DNA of 64,000 nucleotides, from the NCBI GenBank assembly GCA_964587755.1, contig CAZPMC010000005.1, forward strand, positions 2,486-66,485, written 5' to 3'. The position numbers and the translations under genes are program-made. The stretch's first letter is position 1. Each line of letters opens with the position of its first letter. Source of the DNA: an uncultured Oscillospiraceae bacterium. Its GTDB lineage: Bacteria > Bacillota > Clostridia > Acetivibrionales > DTU013. Shown in pieces: positions 43,863 through 52,160 of this stretch. Below the pieces are notes generated by a model that saw only the letters and a list, made by a program, of their open reading frames with translations, had not been told where the DNA came from and ran no database searches.

Positions 43863-44030
43863 TTGCCGAAGAAAGCAAAGAAAGACTACAATTTGGGCGT
43901 TCCTGTGGAAAAGCACGATACTGCTGCGTGGGCTAATATTGAATGCAAGGTATCCCATTCGCAGGTTACAGTACCATCGCTTGAGCAGGTGCTAAACGCA
44001 AAGGAGCATGTTGACGAGAACGAGAAATAA
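43863..44030 (+). CDS. Small protein (55 aa), DUF3787-like, TTG start; absent from the ORF track
   Basis: The TTG at 43863 is preceded by GAGGGTGG. Translation: (M)PKKAKKDYNLGVPVEKHDTAAWANIECKVSHSQVTVPSLEQVLNAKEHVDENEK. The TAAW motif and overall shape match my memory of a small clostridial family. A terminator hairpin follows it. Confidence 0.5.
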   Translation: MPKKAKKDYNLGVPVEKHDTAAWANIECKVSHSQVTVPSLEQVLNAKEHVDENEK

Positions 44031-44105
44031 ATAGTTGCAAAAGGCAGGTTGATAGGCAGATTCAATATCCAGATGCTTGCCCTCAGCGCCTTGCACAAAA
44101 AAGAA

Positions 44106-44124
44106 GGACCAGCAGGGCCGGTCC
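44106..44124. terminator. Bidirectional terminator hairpin (the main terminator for nifJ on the minus strand)
   Basis: GGACCAGC pairs with GCCGGTCC. On the minus strand it is followed by TTCTTTTTTG. Confidence 0.7.
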
Positions 44125-44131
44125 ATAGTTT

Positions 44132-47100
44132 TTAATCTGCCAGTCGCTTGTAAGCCTCGTATCTTTCATTAGCATGCTTTTCGGCTGCATCAAACAGCTC
44201 GTCGGCCAATTTGGGAAAGACTGTTTTAAGCTGGGTGTAACGCACCTCGCCCATCAGGAAATCCTTGAAGGGTGCAGAAGGCTCTTTTGAATCCAGCACA
44301 AACGGATTTTTGCCTGCATCACGAAGCTCGGGATTGAAACGATAGAGATGCCAGTATCCGCTTTCTACTGCCTTTTTTTCCTCTGCTATACTTGTGCCCA
44401 TTCCGGTTCTGATTCCGTGGGATATACATGGAGCATAGGCTATAATTAATGAGGGACCCTTATAGCTTTCTGCCTCTGCAATAGCCTTTATGGTCTGATT
44501 CATGTTGGCGCCCATGGCAATCTGGGCAACATAGACATATCCATAGCTCATTGCCATCATTCCCAGATCCTTTTTCCTGATTTTCTTTCCTGAAGCGGCG
44601 AATTTTGCCACGGCTGCTGTGGGTGTAGCTTTTGAGGATTGTCCCCCTGTGTTGGAGTAAATTTCAGTATCCATTACAAAAAGGTTTACATCATCACCTG
44701 ATGCCAGTACATGATCAAGACCGCCGAATCCTATATCATAAGCCCAACCATCGCCTCCTAAAATCCAGAAGGATTTTTTGACAAGGAAATCCTTCTTTTC
44801 AAGTATCTCAAGAAGATATTTGTTGTCTTTAATGTCAGCCTCGTTCAGTGCTTTAACTACTTCAGCCGACGATATCTTAGATTCTTCGCCGTCATCACGG
44901 GTGCCCAGCCACCGGCAGAAGGCTTCTTCCACGGACTTTGGTACACCTTCTGCAATAGCCTGATTCATCAGATCCACAATTTTCTCCCTGATTTGTCGCA
45001 CTCCAAGATACATTCCGTAGCCGTATTCAGCATTGTCCTCAAACAATGAATTTGCCCATGCTGGTCCTTTGCCATCTTTATTTGTAGTATAGGCAATCGA
45101 AGGAGAACTGGCACTCCAAATAGATGAGCAGCCTGTGGCATTGGCAATCATCATTCTTTCACCGAAAAGCTGTGTCAGAAGTCTTACATAAGGAGTTTCA
45201 CCGCAGCCCGGACAAGCGCCGTTGAATTCAAGCAGAGGTTTTGCAAACTGGCTGCCCTTTAATGATTTTCTGTCCAAAATATCATCTTTTGTTGAAAGGG
45301 TTAATGCAAATTCCCAATTGTCCTTCTGACTGTCAATTTCATCTTCGGCAGGCTTCATAACTAATGCTTTTACCTTAGTGGGACAAACATCGGCACAATT
45401 TCCACACCCTGTACAATCAAGAGGACTTATCTGAACACGGAAGCGTAGATCCTCCATGCCTTTTCCTGTAGCTTTCAAAGTAGTAAAGCCTGAGGGTGCC
45501 CTTTCAGATTCTTCTTTAGAAAGAAGGAACAGTCTTATTGTGGCATGGGGACATACATAAGAGCAACGCCCGCATTGTATACAGTTTTCAGGCTGCCATT
45601 GAGGAAGCATGACTGCAATTCCTCGTTTTTCATAAGCTGTAGTACCCAAAGGATGAGTACCGTCCTCAATACCACTAAAAGCACTGACGGGAAGCTCGTC
45701 GCCCTCGTGACGGGCCATAGGTCTTTGGATATTCCTGATAAAGTCAGGCACATCCTCAGGTGTTTGTTCTTTCTCGGGTATATCTGACCAGGCTTTTGGT
45801 ATAGTGACCTTATGGAGTGCATCAAGGGACTTGTCCACTGCCTTATAATTCATTTCTACAATTTTTGGCCCCTTTTTACCGTATGCTCTGTTAATAGAAT
45901 CCTTCAGATAGTTTATGGCATCCTCTACAGGAATAATATTTGCAAGCTTAAAGAAGACTGTCTGCATTATCATGTTAATTCTGTTGCCCAAGCCTACTTC
46001 GCCTGCAATTTTGATGGCATCAATTGTATAAAAATCAATTGAGTTTTTGGCAATATATTTTTTTATTGAGTCGGGTAGATTGACTTCAATACCCTCCATA
46101 TCCCATGGACAGTTTAAAACAAATACTCCCTTTTCCTTTAGTCCTGCTAATATGTCATAGTTGTACAGAAAGGATTTGTTGTGACAGGCAATATAGTCGG
46201 CATTGTAAACAAGATACGGGCTTCTGATGGGCTTGGGACCAAACCTTAGATGAGAAACTGTGGTACCTCCTGACTTCTTGCTGTCGTATGAAAAGTATCC
46301 CTGCACATAGAGGTCTGTGTTGTCACCGATAATTTTTATGGCCTCTTTATTTGCCCCTACGGTCCCGTCAGAGCCCAAGCCCCAGAACTTGCAGCTTATT
46401 GTCCCCTTTGGGGTGGTTTCAACTATAGGCCCCTCAGCTAACGAGGTGTTTGTTACATCATCTACAATTCCTATTGTAAAGCCATCCTTTGGGGTTTCGC
46501 TCTTAAGATTGCCAAAGACCGAAATAATTTGGGACGGGCGTACATCCTTAGAACCAAGGCCATATCTTCCACCGACTATCAGTGGCTTTTGACCTTCTGC
46601 ACTATAAAAGGCTTTGCACACATCAAGGTATAGAGGTTCTCCGGGAGAGCCTGGCTCCTTGGTCCTATCCAATACCGCAATCTTCTTAACACTTTCAGGA
46701 ATTGCGCCAAGGAAGCTTTTTTCGCAGAAAGGCCTGTACAGTCTTACCTTAAGAGCACCGGTTTTTTCGCCTGAAGCATTTAAGAAATCAACTGTCTCAT
46801 AAATAGTATCGCAGGCAGAACCCATTGCAATAATGACAAGCTCCGCATCCTTTGCACCATAGTACTCAAAGAGACTGTAGCTGCGGCCTGTGATGCTTTT
46901 AAAATCCTTCATACAGCCCTCTACAATAGAGGGTACAGCATTGTAGAAGGGGTTTCCCGCCTCCCTGCCCTGAAAGTAAATGTCGGGATTCTGAGCCGTG
47001 CCTCTGACAACCGGATGCTCCGGATTTAAAGCCCTTCCCCTAAAATCCTTAATATCATCCATGCTCACGATTTTAGCCAGATCATCGTATTCTACTGTAC

Positions 47101-47644
47101 TGATTTTTTGGTATTCGTGGGATGTCCTAAATCCATCAAAGAAGTGGATAAAAGGGATCCGGGATTTTATTGCAGCTAAATGAGCAATACAGCCCAAGTC
47201 CATAGACTCCTGTACACTTGCTGAGGCTAATAATGCTGCTCCTGTTTGCCTGCATGCCATGACGTCCTGGTGGTCTCCGAAAATAGACAATGCATGCACA
47301 GCAATTGCTCTTGCAGAAACGTGGAGCACACCCGGCAGCAATTCGCCTGCCATTTTGTACAAGTTGGGTATCATTAAAAGAAGTCCCTGTGATGCTGTGT
47401 AAGTGGTTGTCAATGCCCCTGCCTGTAATGAGCCGTGCATGGCTCCGGCGGCACCTGCTTCTGACTGCATCTCCACTACTTTGACTGTTTGACCGAAAAT
47501 ATTTTTCATCCCGTGAGCCGACCATTCATCGACCGCTTCTGCCATCGGCGACGAAGGGGTTATTGGGAATATTGCCGCTACCTCCGTAAAGGCGTAGGAT
47601 GCATATGCGGCAGCTTGGTTTCCATCCATTGTTGACATTTTCAT
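44132..47644 (-). CDS. nifJ: Pyruvate:ferredoxin (flavodoxin) oxidoreductase
   Basis: A 1170-aa single-chain PFOR. Two ferredoxin clusters (CIQCGRCSYVCP, CTGCGNCADVCP) and a TPP motif (GGDGWAYDIGFGG). Confidence 0.97.
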   Translation of the reverse strand: MKMSTMDGNQAAAYASYAFTEVAAIFPITPSSPMAEAVDEWSAHGMKNIFGQTVKVVEMQSEAGAAGAMHGSLQAGALTTTYTASQGLLLMIPNLYKMAGELLPGVLHVSARAIAVHALSIFGDHQDVMACRQTGAALLASASVQESMDLGCIAHLAAIKSRIPFIHFFDGFRTSHEYQKISTVEYDDLAKIVSMDDIKDFRGRALNPEHPVVRGTAQNPDIYFQGREAGNPFYNAVPSIVEGCMKDFKSITGRSYSLFEYYGAKDAELVIIAMGSACDTIYETVDFLNASGEKTGALKVRLYRPFCEKSFLGAIPESVKKIAVLDRTKEPGSPGEPLYLDVCKAFYSAEGQKPLIVGGRYGLGSKDVRPSQIISVFGNLKSETPKDGFTIGIVDDVTNTSLAEGPIVETTPKGTISCKFWGLGSDGTVGANKEAIKIIGDNTDLYVQGYFSYDSKKSGGTTVSHLRFGPKPIRSPYLVYNADYIACHNKSFLYNYDILAGLKEKGVFVLNCPWDMEGIEVNLPDSIKKYIAKNSIDFYTIDAIKIAGEVGLGNRINMIMQTVFFKLANIIPVEDAINYLKDSINRAYGKKGPKIVEMNYKAVDKSLDALHKVTIPKAWSDIPEKEQTPEDVPDFIRNIQRPMARHEGDELPVSAFSGIEDGTHPLGTTAYEKRGIAVMLPQWQPENCIQCGRCSYVCPHATIRLFLLSKEESERAPSGFTTLKATGKGMEDLRFRVQISPLDCTGCGNCADVCPTKVKALVMKPAEDEIDSQKDNWEFALTLSTKDDILDRKSLKGSQFAKPLLEFNGACPGCGETPYVRLLTQLFGERMMIANATGCSSIWSASSPSIAYTTNKDGKGPAWANSLFEDNAEYGYGMYLGVRQIREKIVDLMNQAIAEGVPKSVEEAFCRWLGTRDDGEESKISSAEVVKALNEADIKDNKYLLEILEKKDFLVKKSFWILGGDGWAYDIGFGGLDHVLASGDDVNLFVMDTEIYSNTGGQSSKATPTAAVAKFAASGKKIRKKDLGMMAMSYGYVYVAQIAMGANMNQTIKAIAEAESYKGPSLIIAYAPCISHGIRTGMGTSIAEEKKAVESGYWHLYRFNPELRDAGKNPFVLDSKEPSAPFKDFLMGEVRYTQLKTVFPKLADELFDAAEKHANERYEAYKRLAD

Positions 47645-47717
47645 ATGAAACTCTCCTCTTTTCTGCTACTTAATAAGTATTATTTCAAGAAAAGACAATA
47701 AAATGTATACGAAATTA

Positions 47718-49217
47718 TTAACGTACGCTGAAGGATATGCCTCCTAATCCAAACACTGTAGAAAAGCATGCTAAAATAATGACTAGTGCTCTTATAACAG
47801 GTGCAATACCGATTAAAATACTGTTTAGTGTTATGGCTATAAGATATGCAGCGACACCTGTAAGCAGCAGAGTTATAATGTCTTGAATCTCAAAATTGAA
47901 TTCACATATTTTTTTTATTTCTCTTATGTTTATAATAAGTGCAGTGACAGATGTGATTATAATCGACAGACCATATCCATAAATATTTAGCCTTGGAATG
48001 GAAGCAAATATAAAAGTGAGAAAAAGGCCCTCCAGAGATATTATGGTTGAATTTCTAAGTAATATATTTTGTTTACCCAAGGCATTTAGTATACCAAAGG
48101 TCGGAGAAGAAACAAAGGAAAAGAGGCATATTAAAGAGGAAAATCTAATCATATTTCCTAAGTCATTTCTTTGATAAAACAGGTATCCTAATGTTTCAGG
48201 CAATGACAGACATATAGCGGCAGTGGCAATACCAACAGCAAAGGAAAGCTTAAGAACCTGTGCAATTCTCTCTTCCGCTGACCAGAAGTCCTTCCTGCTC
48301 ATATTCAGTGATAGCTCGGGAACCAGCACAGTGAGCATTGAGCCAATTATTATTGAGGGAAGATATGATATATTTAGAGCCATTCCGCTGAATTTTCCTA
48401 TGGCAGACAAGGCTCCACTATATGTAAGGCCGGCCGCAACAAGTCTTCTGGGAAGCATAAGTGCTGACACGGCAGATAGTATTGAGGACAGAATTCCATT
48501 TAGACCGAGAGGGACGGATATAACAAGCACATCAAATAAAAGCTGGATTCTTGATTTGCTTTTCCCAGTGACGGGTTTTATTTTTGACCGTTGGATTTTA
48601 TAGCTGGCAAACAGCATTGTCATGCTTACAAGCTCACCCACTGCCAGAGCCAGATATGCAATAGCTACAGTTTTATCAACATTGACAGGTTTACATATCG
48701 AGATCACGCTAAGCAGGATAACTACCCGCAGAAGCTTTTCAACTATGTCTATGGAAGATGTAACCATATATTTGCCAAGTCCGTAAAAATACCCTTTAAT
48801 GACCGCCGATAACGGCACAAAAAGCACAGCGGGACATAAACATTTTATTGCGGTTTCGGCCCTTAAATCCCTGACAAGATAGGCAGCTATACCTTTGCGA
48901 AGTAAAAGTGCAATAAGAGCAACATTGAAGGCTGAAAAAAACACGAATACAAGTACTGTATGGAGAGTTCTGTTAAGATTTTTAATATCCCTCCTACTGA
49001 AATATAGGGCTGTTATTTTGGAAACAGCTGTTATCAGGCCGTCGCTTGTGATACATAAAAGAAGGCTGTAGATAGGCATTATAAGGCCATAGAGGCCAAG
49101 CCCCTCAGCTCCCAGCTTTCGTGAGAGCACAATTGAGAAGATAAAAGAGATAATCCCTGTTACCATGTTTGACAGAGTAAGTGTGAAGGAATCTTTATAA
49201 AATTTATCAATAGCCAC
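47718..49217 (-). CDS. spoVB: Stage V sporulation protein B-like MOP/MurJ-family flippase
   Basis: Fourteen TM helices and an N-terminus typical of SpoVB-class polysaccharide-biosynthesis proteins (SNMVTGIISFIFSIVLSRKLGAEGLGLY). GTG start after GAGG. Confidence 0.7.
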   Translation of the reverse strand: MAIDKFYKDSFTLTLSNMVTGIISFIFSIVLSRKLGAEGLGLYGLIMPIYSLLLCITSDGLITAVSKITALYFSRRDIKNLNRTLHTVLVFVFFSAFNVALIALLLRKGIAAYLVRDLRAETAIKCLCPAVLFVPLSAVIKGYFYGLGKYMVTSSIDIVEKLLRVVILLSVISICKPVNVDKTVAIAYLALAVGELVSMTMLFASYKIQRSKIKPVTGKSKSRIQLLFDVLVISVPLGLNGILSSILSAVSALMLPRRLVAAGLTYSGALSAIGKFSGMALNISYLPSIIIGSMLTVLVPELSLNMSRKDFWSAEERIAQVLKLSFAVGIATAAICLSLPETLGYLFYQRNDLGNMIRFSSLICLFSFVSSPTFGILNALGKQNILLRNSTIISLEGLFLTFIFASIPRLNIYGYGLSIIITSVTALIINIREIKKICEFNFEIQDIITLLLTGVAAYLIAITLNSILIGIAPVIRALVIILACFSTVFGLGGISFSVR

Positions 49218-49230
49218 AGCAAAAACCTCG

Positions 49231-49280
49231 GTATAAAAGGGAGCCTGATGAATTCTATTTAAAGTTATTCATAAGGCTCC
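49231..49280 (-). terminator. Rho-independent terminator after tgl
   Basis: On the minus strand, GGAGCCTTATGAAT pairs with ATTCATCAGGCTCC (one mismatch), followed by CTTTTAT. Confidence 0.65.
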
Positions 49281-49284
49281 TCAT

Positions 49285-50049
49285 TTATGTTTGCACCGAG
49301 GCTGCCTTGTGTCTGTACAAGCCTGATAAATCGGGACGGGTTGCTGTATCCATGAGATATGCCGATGTTTCGGAGCCCTCTGCTCTATTTGCATTAAGAG
49401 CTGCTATAATTCTATCCGCATCGGTAATACCTATACCATGACCGTAATACTTGCCGCCACTAAGGTCAATGGCATTTTCGCCCTGCCATTCTGGTGTAAG
49501 CGGATTGACATCAGGATTTCTAAAGTATCTACAGTCTCCGGGCAGATAATCAGAAAGGGCGCGGTATGTTCTGATGCCCAAGAGATTGTCAATTTGTTGC
49601 CAGTTCATCAATACAATTTTTCTAAATGAAGAATTGAATAAGCTATCACCGTAAATATCCAGTACAGCCTTGTAATATATAATAACAATTGCTGTGGCAC
49701 ATTCGGTTCCGTATTTTCTTGTGTTTATAAAAATATCGTTTATTGCATCTGAAGGTAGTACTCCATCCTTTAAGACAAATCCTCCATCATCTCTCAGATT
49801 CCAAAAGTCTTCATTGCATTTTGCTTCCTGAAAGATACGAAAAGCAAGTCTGCTTCTGTACAAGGCATAAGAGGCATCAATTATTTTCCTGCGCAAATCT
49901 ATTTCAAAGGTCAATTCATCCAAAGAAGAGTACCTATAAATTCTTTCGCTTTTTGAAAGAATATCGACTATTATATATTCCACACTGCCTGTAGAATACT
50001 GATTTAAAAGAGAGCTAGAATCGAATGGAGTGCCGGAAATATATATCAT
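49285..50049 (-). CDS. tgl: Protein-glutamine gamma-glutamyltransferase (spore-coat transglutaminase)
   Basis: Aligns by eye with B. subtilis Tgl across its length, including the active-site Cys region YGTECATAIVIIYY and GDCRYFRNPD...W.GENAI. Confidence 0.85.
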   Translation of the reverse strand: MIYISGTPFDSSSLLNQYSTGSVEYIIVDILSKSERIYRYSSLDELTFEIDLRRKIIDASYALYRSRLAFRIFQEAKCNEDFWNLRDDGGFVLKDGVLPSDAINDIFINTRKYGTECATAIVIIYYKAVLDIYGDSLFNSSFRKIVLMNWQQIDNLLGIRTYRALSDYLPGDCRYFRNPDVNPLTPEWQGENAIDLSGGKYYGHGIGITDADRIIAALNANRAEGSETSAYLMDTATRPDLSGLYRHKAASVQT

Positions 50050-51038
50050 GTCAATCCCCCCTTCAAGCGAAATGCTAATGCCAGTTGTTCGTTGACATCA
50101 AGGCGCAGGAAGGTGTGCCATTGGTATATATTTCTTCTGTAAAGCATATAGGAAAAGTCAGCAAGAAGCTGTTGCTGGCTATCGGGTAGATTTTTAAAGC
50201 TATCGGCAAGCCTTTTTTCAAATTCATTGAAAGGGAAGAGTGGCTCAGCCGTATCAACCGATATTGGCCGGCACAGATATTTTGCAATCCGTGATACTTT
50301 AAAGTGGATTGGTGAGCTGCTTTGGTGTAAGCTCTCGCCGGTGTAATATACAAATGGTTTATTTTCCTGAAGCCATACAAGAGCACGTGTATACCCGTAG
50401 GGGTCTGGTATATTTAAAGGGCTTAAGGCAGGGATAAAGCTTAAAAGCTTATAGGCAAGTTCTCTATCTTTAATATTATAAGAATTCAGCCATTTAGCAA
50501 TAATTAAAATACTATCGACACTTCTGCCCTCGAAAAATGCCCAAACCAGGTCGTGAATATACTTACCCTTTCTATGCCTTGAGAAGAACATTTCGGCTAT
50601 TTGCGCCAATACAGAAATATCTTTAAAGCGCTTTATCAACAGGGCAGCAGAAAACTCCATAAGTCTATCGTACTGCTTGCCAAGGTCATCCTCAAGGCCT
50701 CCGGTTTCTATCATCCATCTGAGAACGGATGCTGTATGATCATCATCTGAACGAAAATTACTGTTAAGCCTCCGGGCTTTATTACCTGTCAGGTCCTCCG
50801 CTATTTTCAAAGCTTTTTGGTACTTTACATCAAGCTCTCTGGTCACAGCGTACTGTGAAAGCTCATGCCTGATTGCAAACAGGGTTCCAAAGCTCAATTG
50901 CTGATTATTTATCATATCCAGAGCTTTACTTCTGTCTTTTTTTAAAAGCCCGGAATAATAGCTTCTCAATCCCTCGGTGCCATTGGCTGCTCTAAGATTA
51001 TCCAGCACACTCCGGAAATTTGTATTAATTGCTTCCAC
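50046..51038 (-). CDS. Hypothetical helical protein co-transcribed with tgl
   Basis: The stop overlaps the tgl start (ATGA). No TM, signal peptide or recognisable motif. The start is uncertain: the GTG at 51038 directly abuts AGGAG. Confidence 0.55.
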   Translation of the reverse strand: MEAINTNFRSVLDNLRAANGTEGLRSYYSGLLKKDRSKALDMINNQQLSFGTLFAIRHELSQYAVTRELDVKYQKALKIAEDLTGNKARRLNSNFRSDDDHTASVLRWMIETGGLEDDLGKQYDRLMEFSAALLIKRFKDISVLAQIAEMFFSRHRKGKYIHDLVWAFFEGRSVDSILIIAKWLNSYNIKDRELAYKLLSFIPALSPLNIPDPYGYTRALVWLQENKPFVYYTGESLHQSSSPIHFKVSRIAKYLCRPISVDTAEPLFPFNEFEKRLADSFKNLPDSQQQLLADFSYMLYRRNIYQWHTFLRLDVNEQLALAFRLKGGLT

Positions 51039-51051
51039 CTCCTAAAACAGG

Positions 51052-52020
51052 TCATAAGAGCTGACCCCGCAGTGTATTAAACCTTTCGTTGAGCATAGTA
51101 TCCTGACTACGTGCAAGACCCAGGTCTACAGCTCTTAATGCATGAGCTGGATTGCCCGCCTTTGCCATACAGTTTGCAAGGTTATACCAGCTTGCTGCAT
51201 CATCGGGATTGATTCTGAGCTTTCTGATATAGTAGGGTATTACTTTGTTGGATAAGTAACGATTACCGTTTAATTGCGTAAGCTCAAAGCCATTCCAATT
51301 TATTAGCTCGATATCATAAACGTCTGGGGCTTCCTCATGCCATAGTGCAAGCACAGCTCTTCCCGGTGCTGATGTGCTGCTGCGGGATGTCTGAAGATCA
51401 ATTTTACTGTAGTCTTTGCTGAATATTTTCCTGGCGCTTCCGCCCTCGAGGGAGTATGCAATAAGTGTCCTTTTGTTGGCTGCTGACTCCATTCCGAGGA
51501 GTAAAAAGGGTTTACCGTCACTTGAAACTATTGCGCTGTTTCTGTAATGCATTAATTTGAAGTCAGGTGTGCTTAATTCTGCAATCTTGTACCACTGGAC
51601 GGCATCTTTTTTCAGAACAAGAGTTTTTATTCCCTCATTTGTTGTATATGAGGTAACCAATTCTCTGCGGCCGTCTCCATCAAGATCAGCAAATTGAATT
51701 TCATTTGAATTTTCCGGGTATTGTGGCCTTATAAGACTTGCACCCGGAGGCAGGAAGGTACTTACTACCGCTTTGTAATCTATGGTTTCCCGCGGCCTTG
51801 ACACAAACTGTGAAACGGCGTTGCTAAGGCCCTTCGACAATTCTTCCAGAGGTCTTCTTATAGAATTTAAATCCGGGAGCTTTATTGTCGGGCTTTGATT
51901 TATTACACTTTGCAAGTTTTGCCTGATTGAATCAAAATTGAAAGTGTCGGAGTAATATTTAAGGCTGCTGCGAATCACCTTCTCAAGTGGCTCAAGCCCA
52001 GTGCCTCTGAATATTAGCAT
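51052..52020 (-). CDS. Hypothetical protein with an FG-GAP/VCBS-like Ca-binding loop and a C-terminal TPR-like segment
   Basis: RBS AAAGGAGAGAGG. FADLDGDGRRELV loop. C-terminal DAASWYNLANCMAKAGNPAHALRAVDLGL. No signal peptide. Confidence 0.55.
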   Translation of the reverse strand: MLIFRGTGLEPLEKVIRSSLKYYSDTFNFDSIRQNLQSVINQSPTIKLPDLNSIRRPLEELSKGLSNAVSQFVSRPRETIDYKAVVSTFLPPGASLIRPQYPENSNEIQFADLDGDGRRELVTSYTTNEGIKTLVLKKDAVQWYKIAELSTPDFKLMHYRNSAIVSSDGKPFLLLGMESAANKRTLIAYSLEGGSARKIFSKDYSKIDLQTSRSSTSAPGRAVLALWHEEAPDVYDIELINWNGFELTQLNGNRYLSNKVIPYYIRKLRINPDDAASWYNLANCMAKAGNPAHALRAVDLGLARSQDTMLNERFNTLRGQLL

Positions 52021-52055
52021 GGTCCTCTCTCCTTTGATGATAGGTATTACTCCTA

Positions 52056-52083
52056 TATACTATGCGGTGCTTTGTAAAATTGT
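52056..52083 (-). promoter_or_regulatory. Mother-cell sigma (sigma-K/sigma-E-like) promoter candidate for the tgl operon
   Basis: On the minus strand: AC (52083-52082), 17-nt spacer, CATAGTATA (52064-52056). This fits the sigma-K consensus AC-17-CATAnnnTA. It lies ~36 nt upstream of the ATG at 52020. Confidence 0.35.
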
Positions 52084-52160
52084 TAAATGCTTGAATCAGT
52101 AAGATGTGCATATCGAATTGATAACACGAATATCATATCATAGGAAATCAAGGGTAATAA

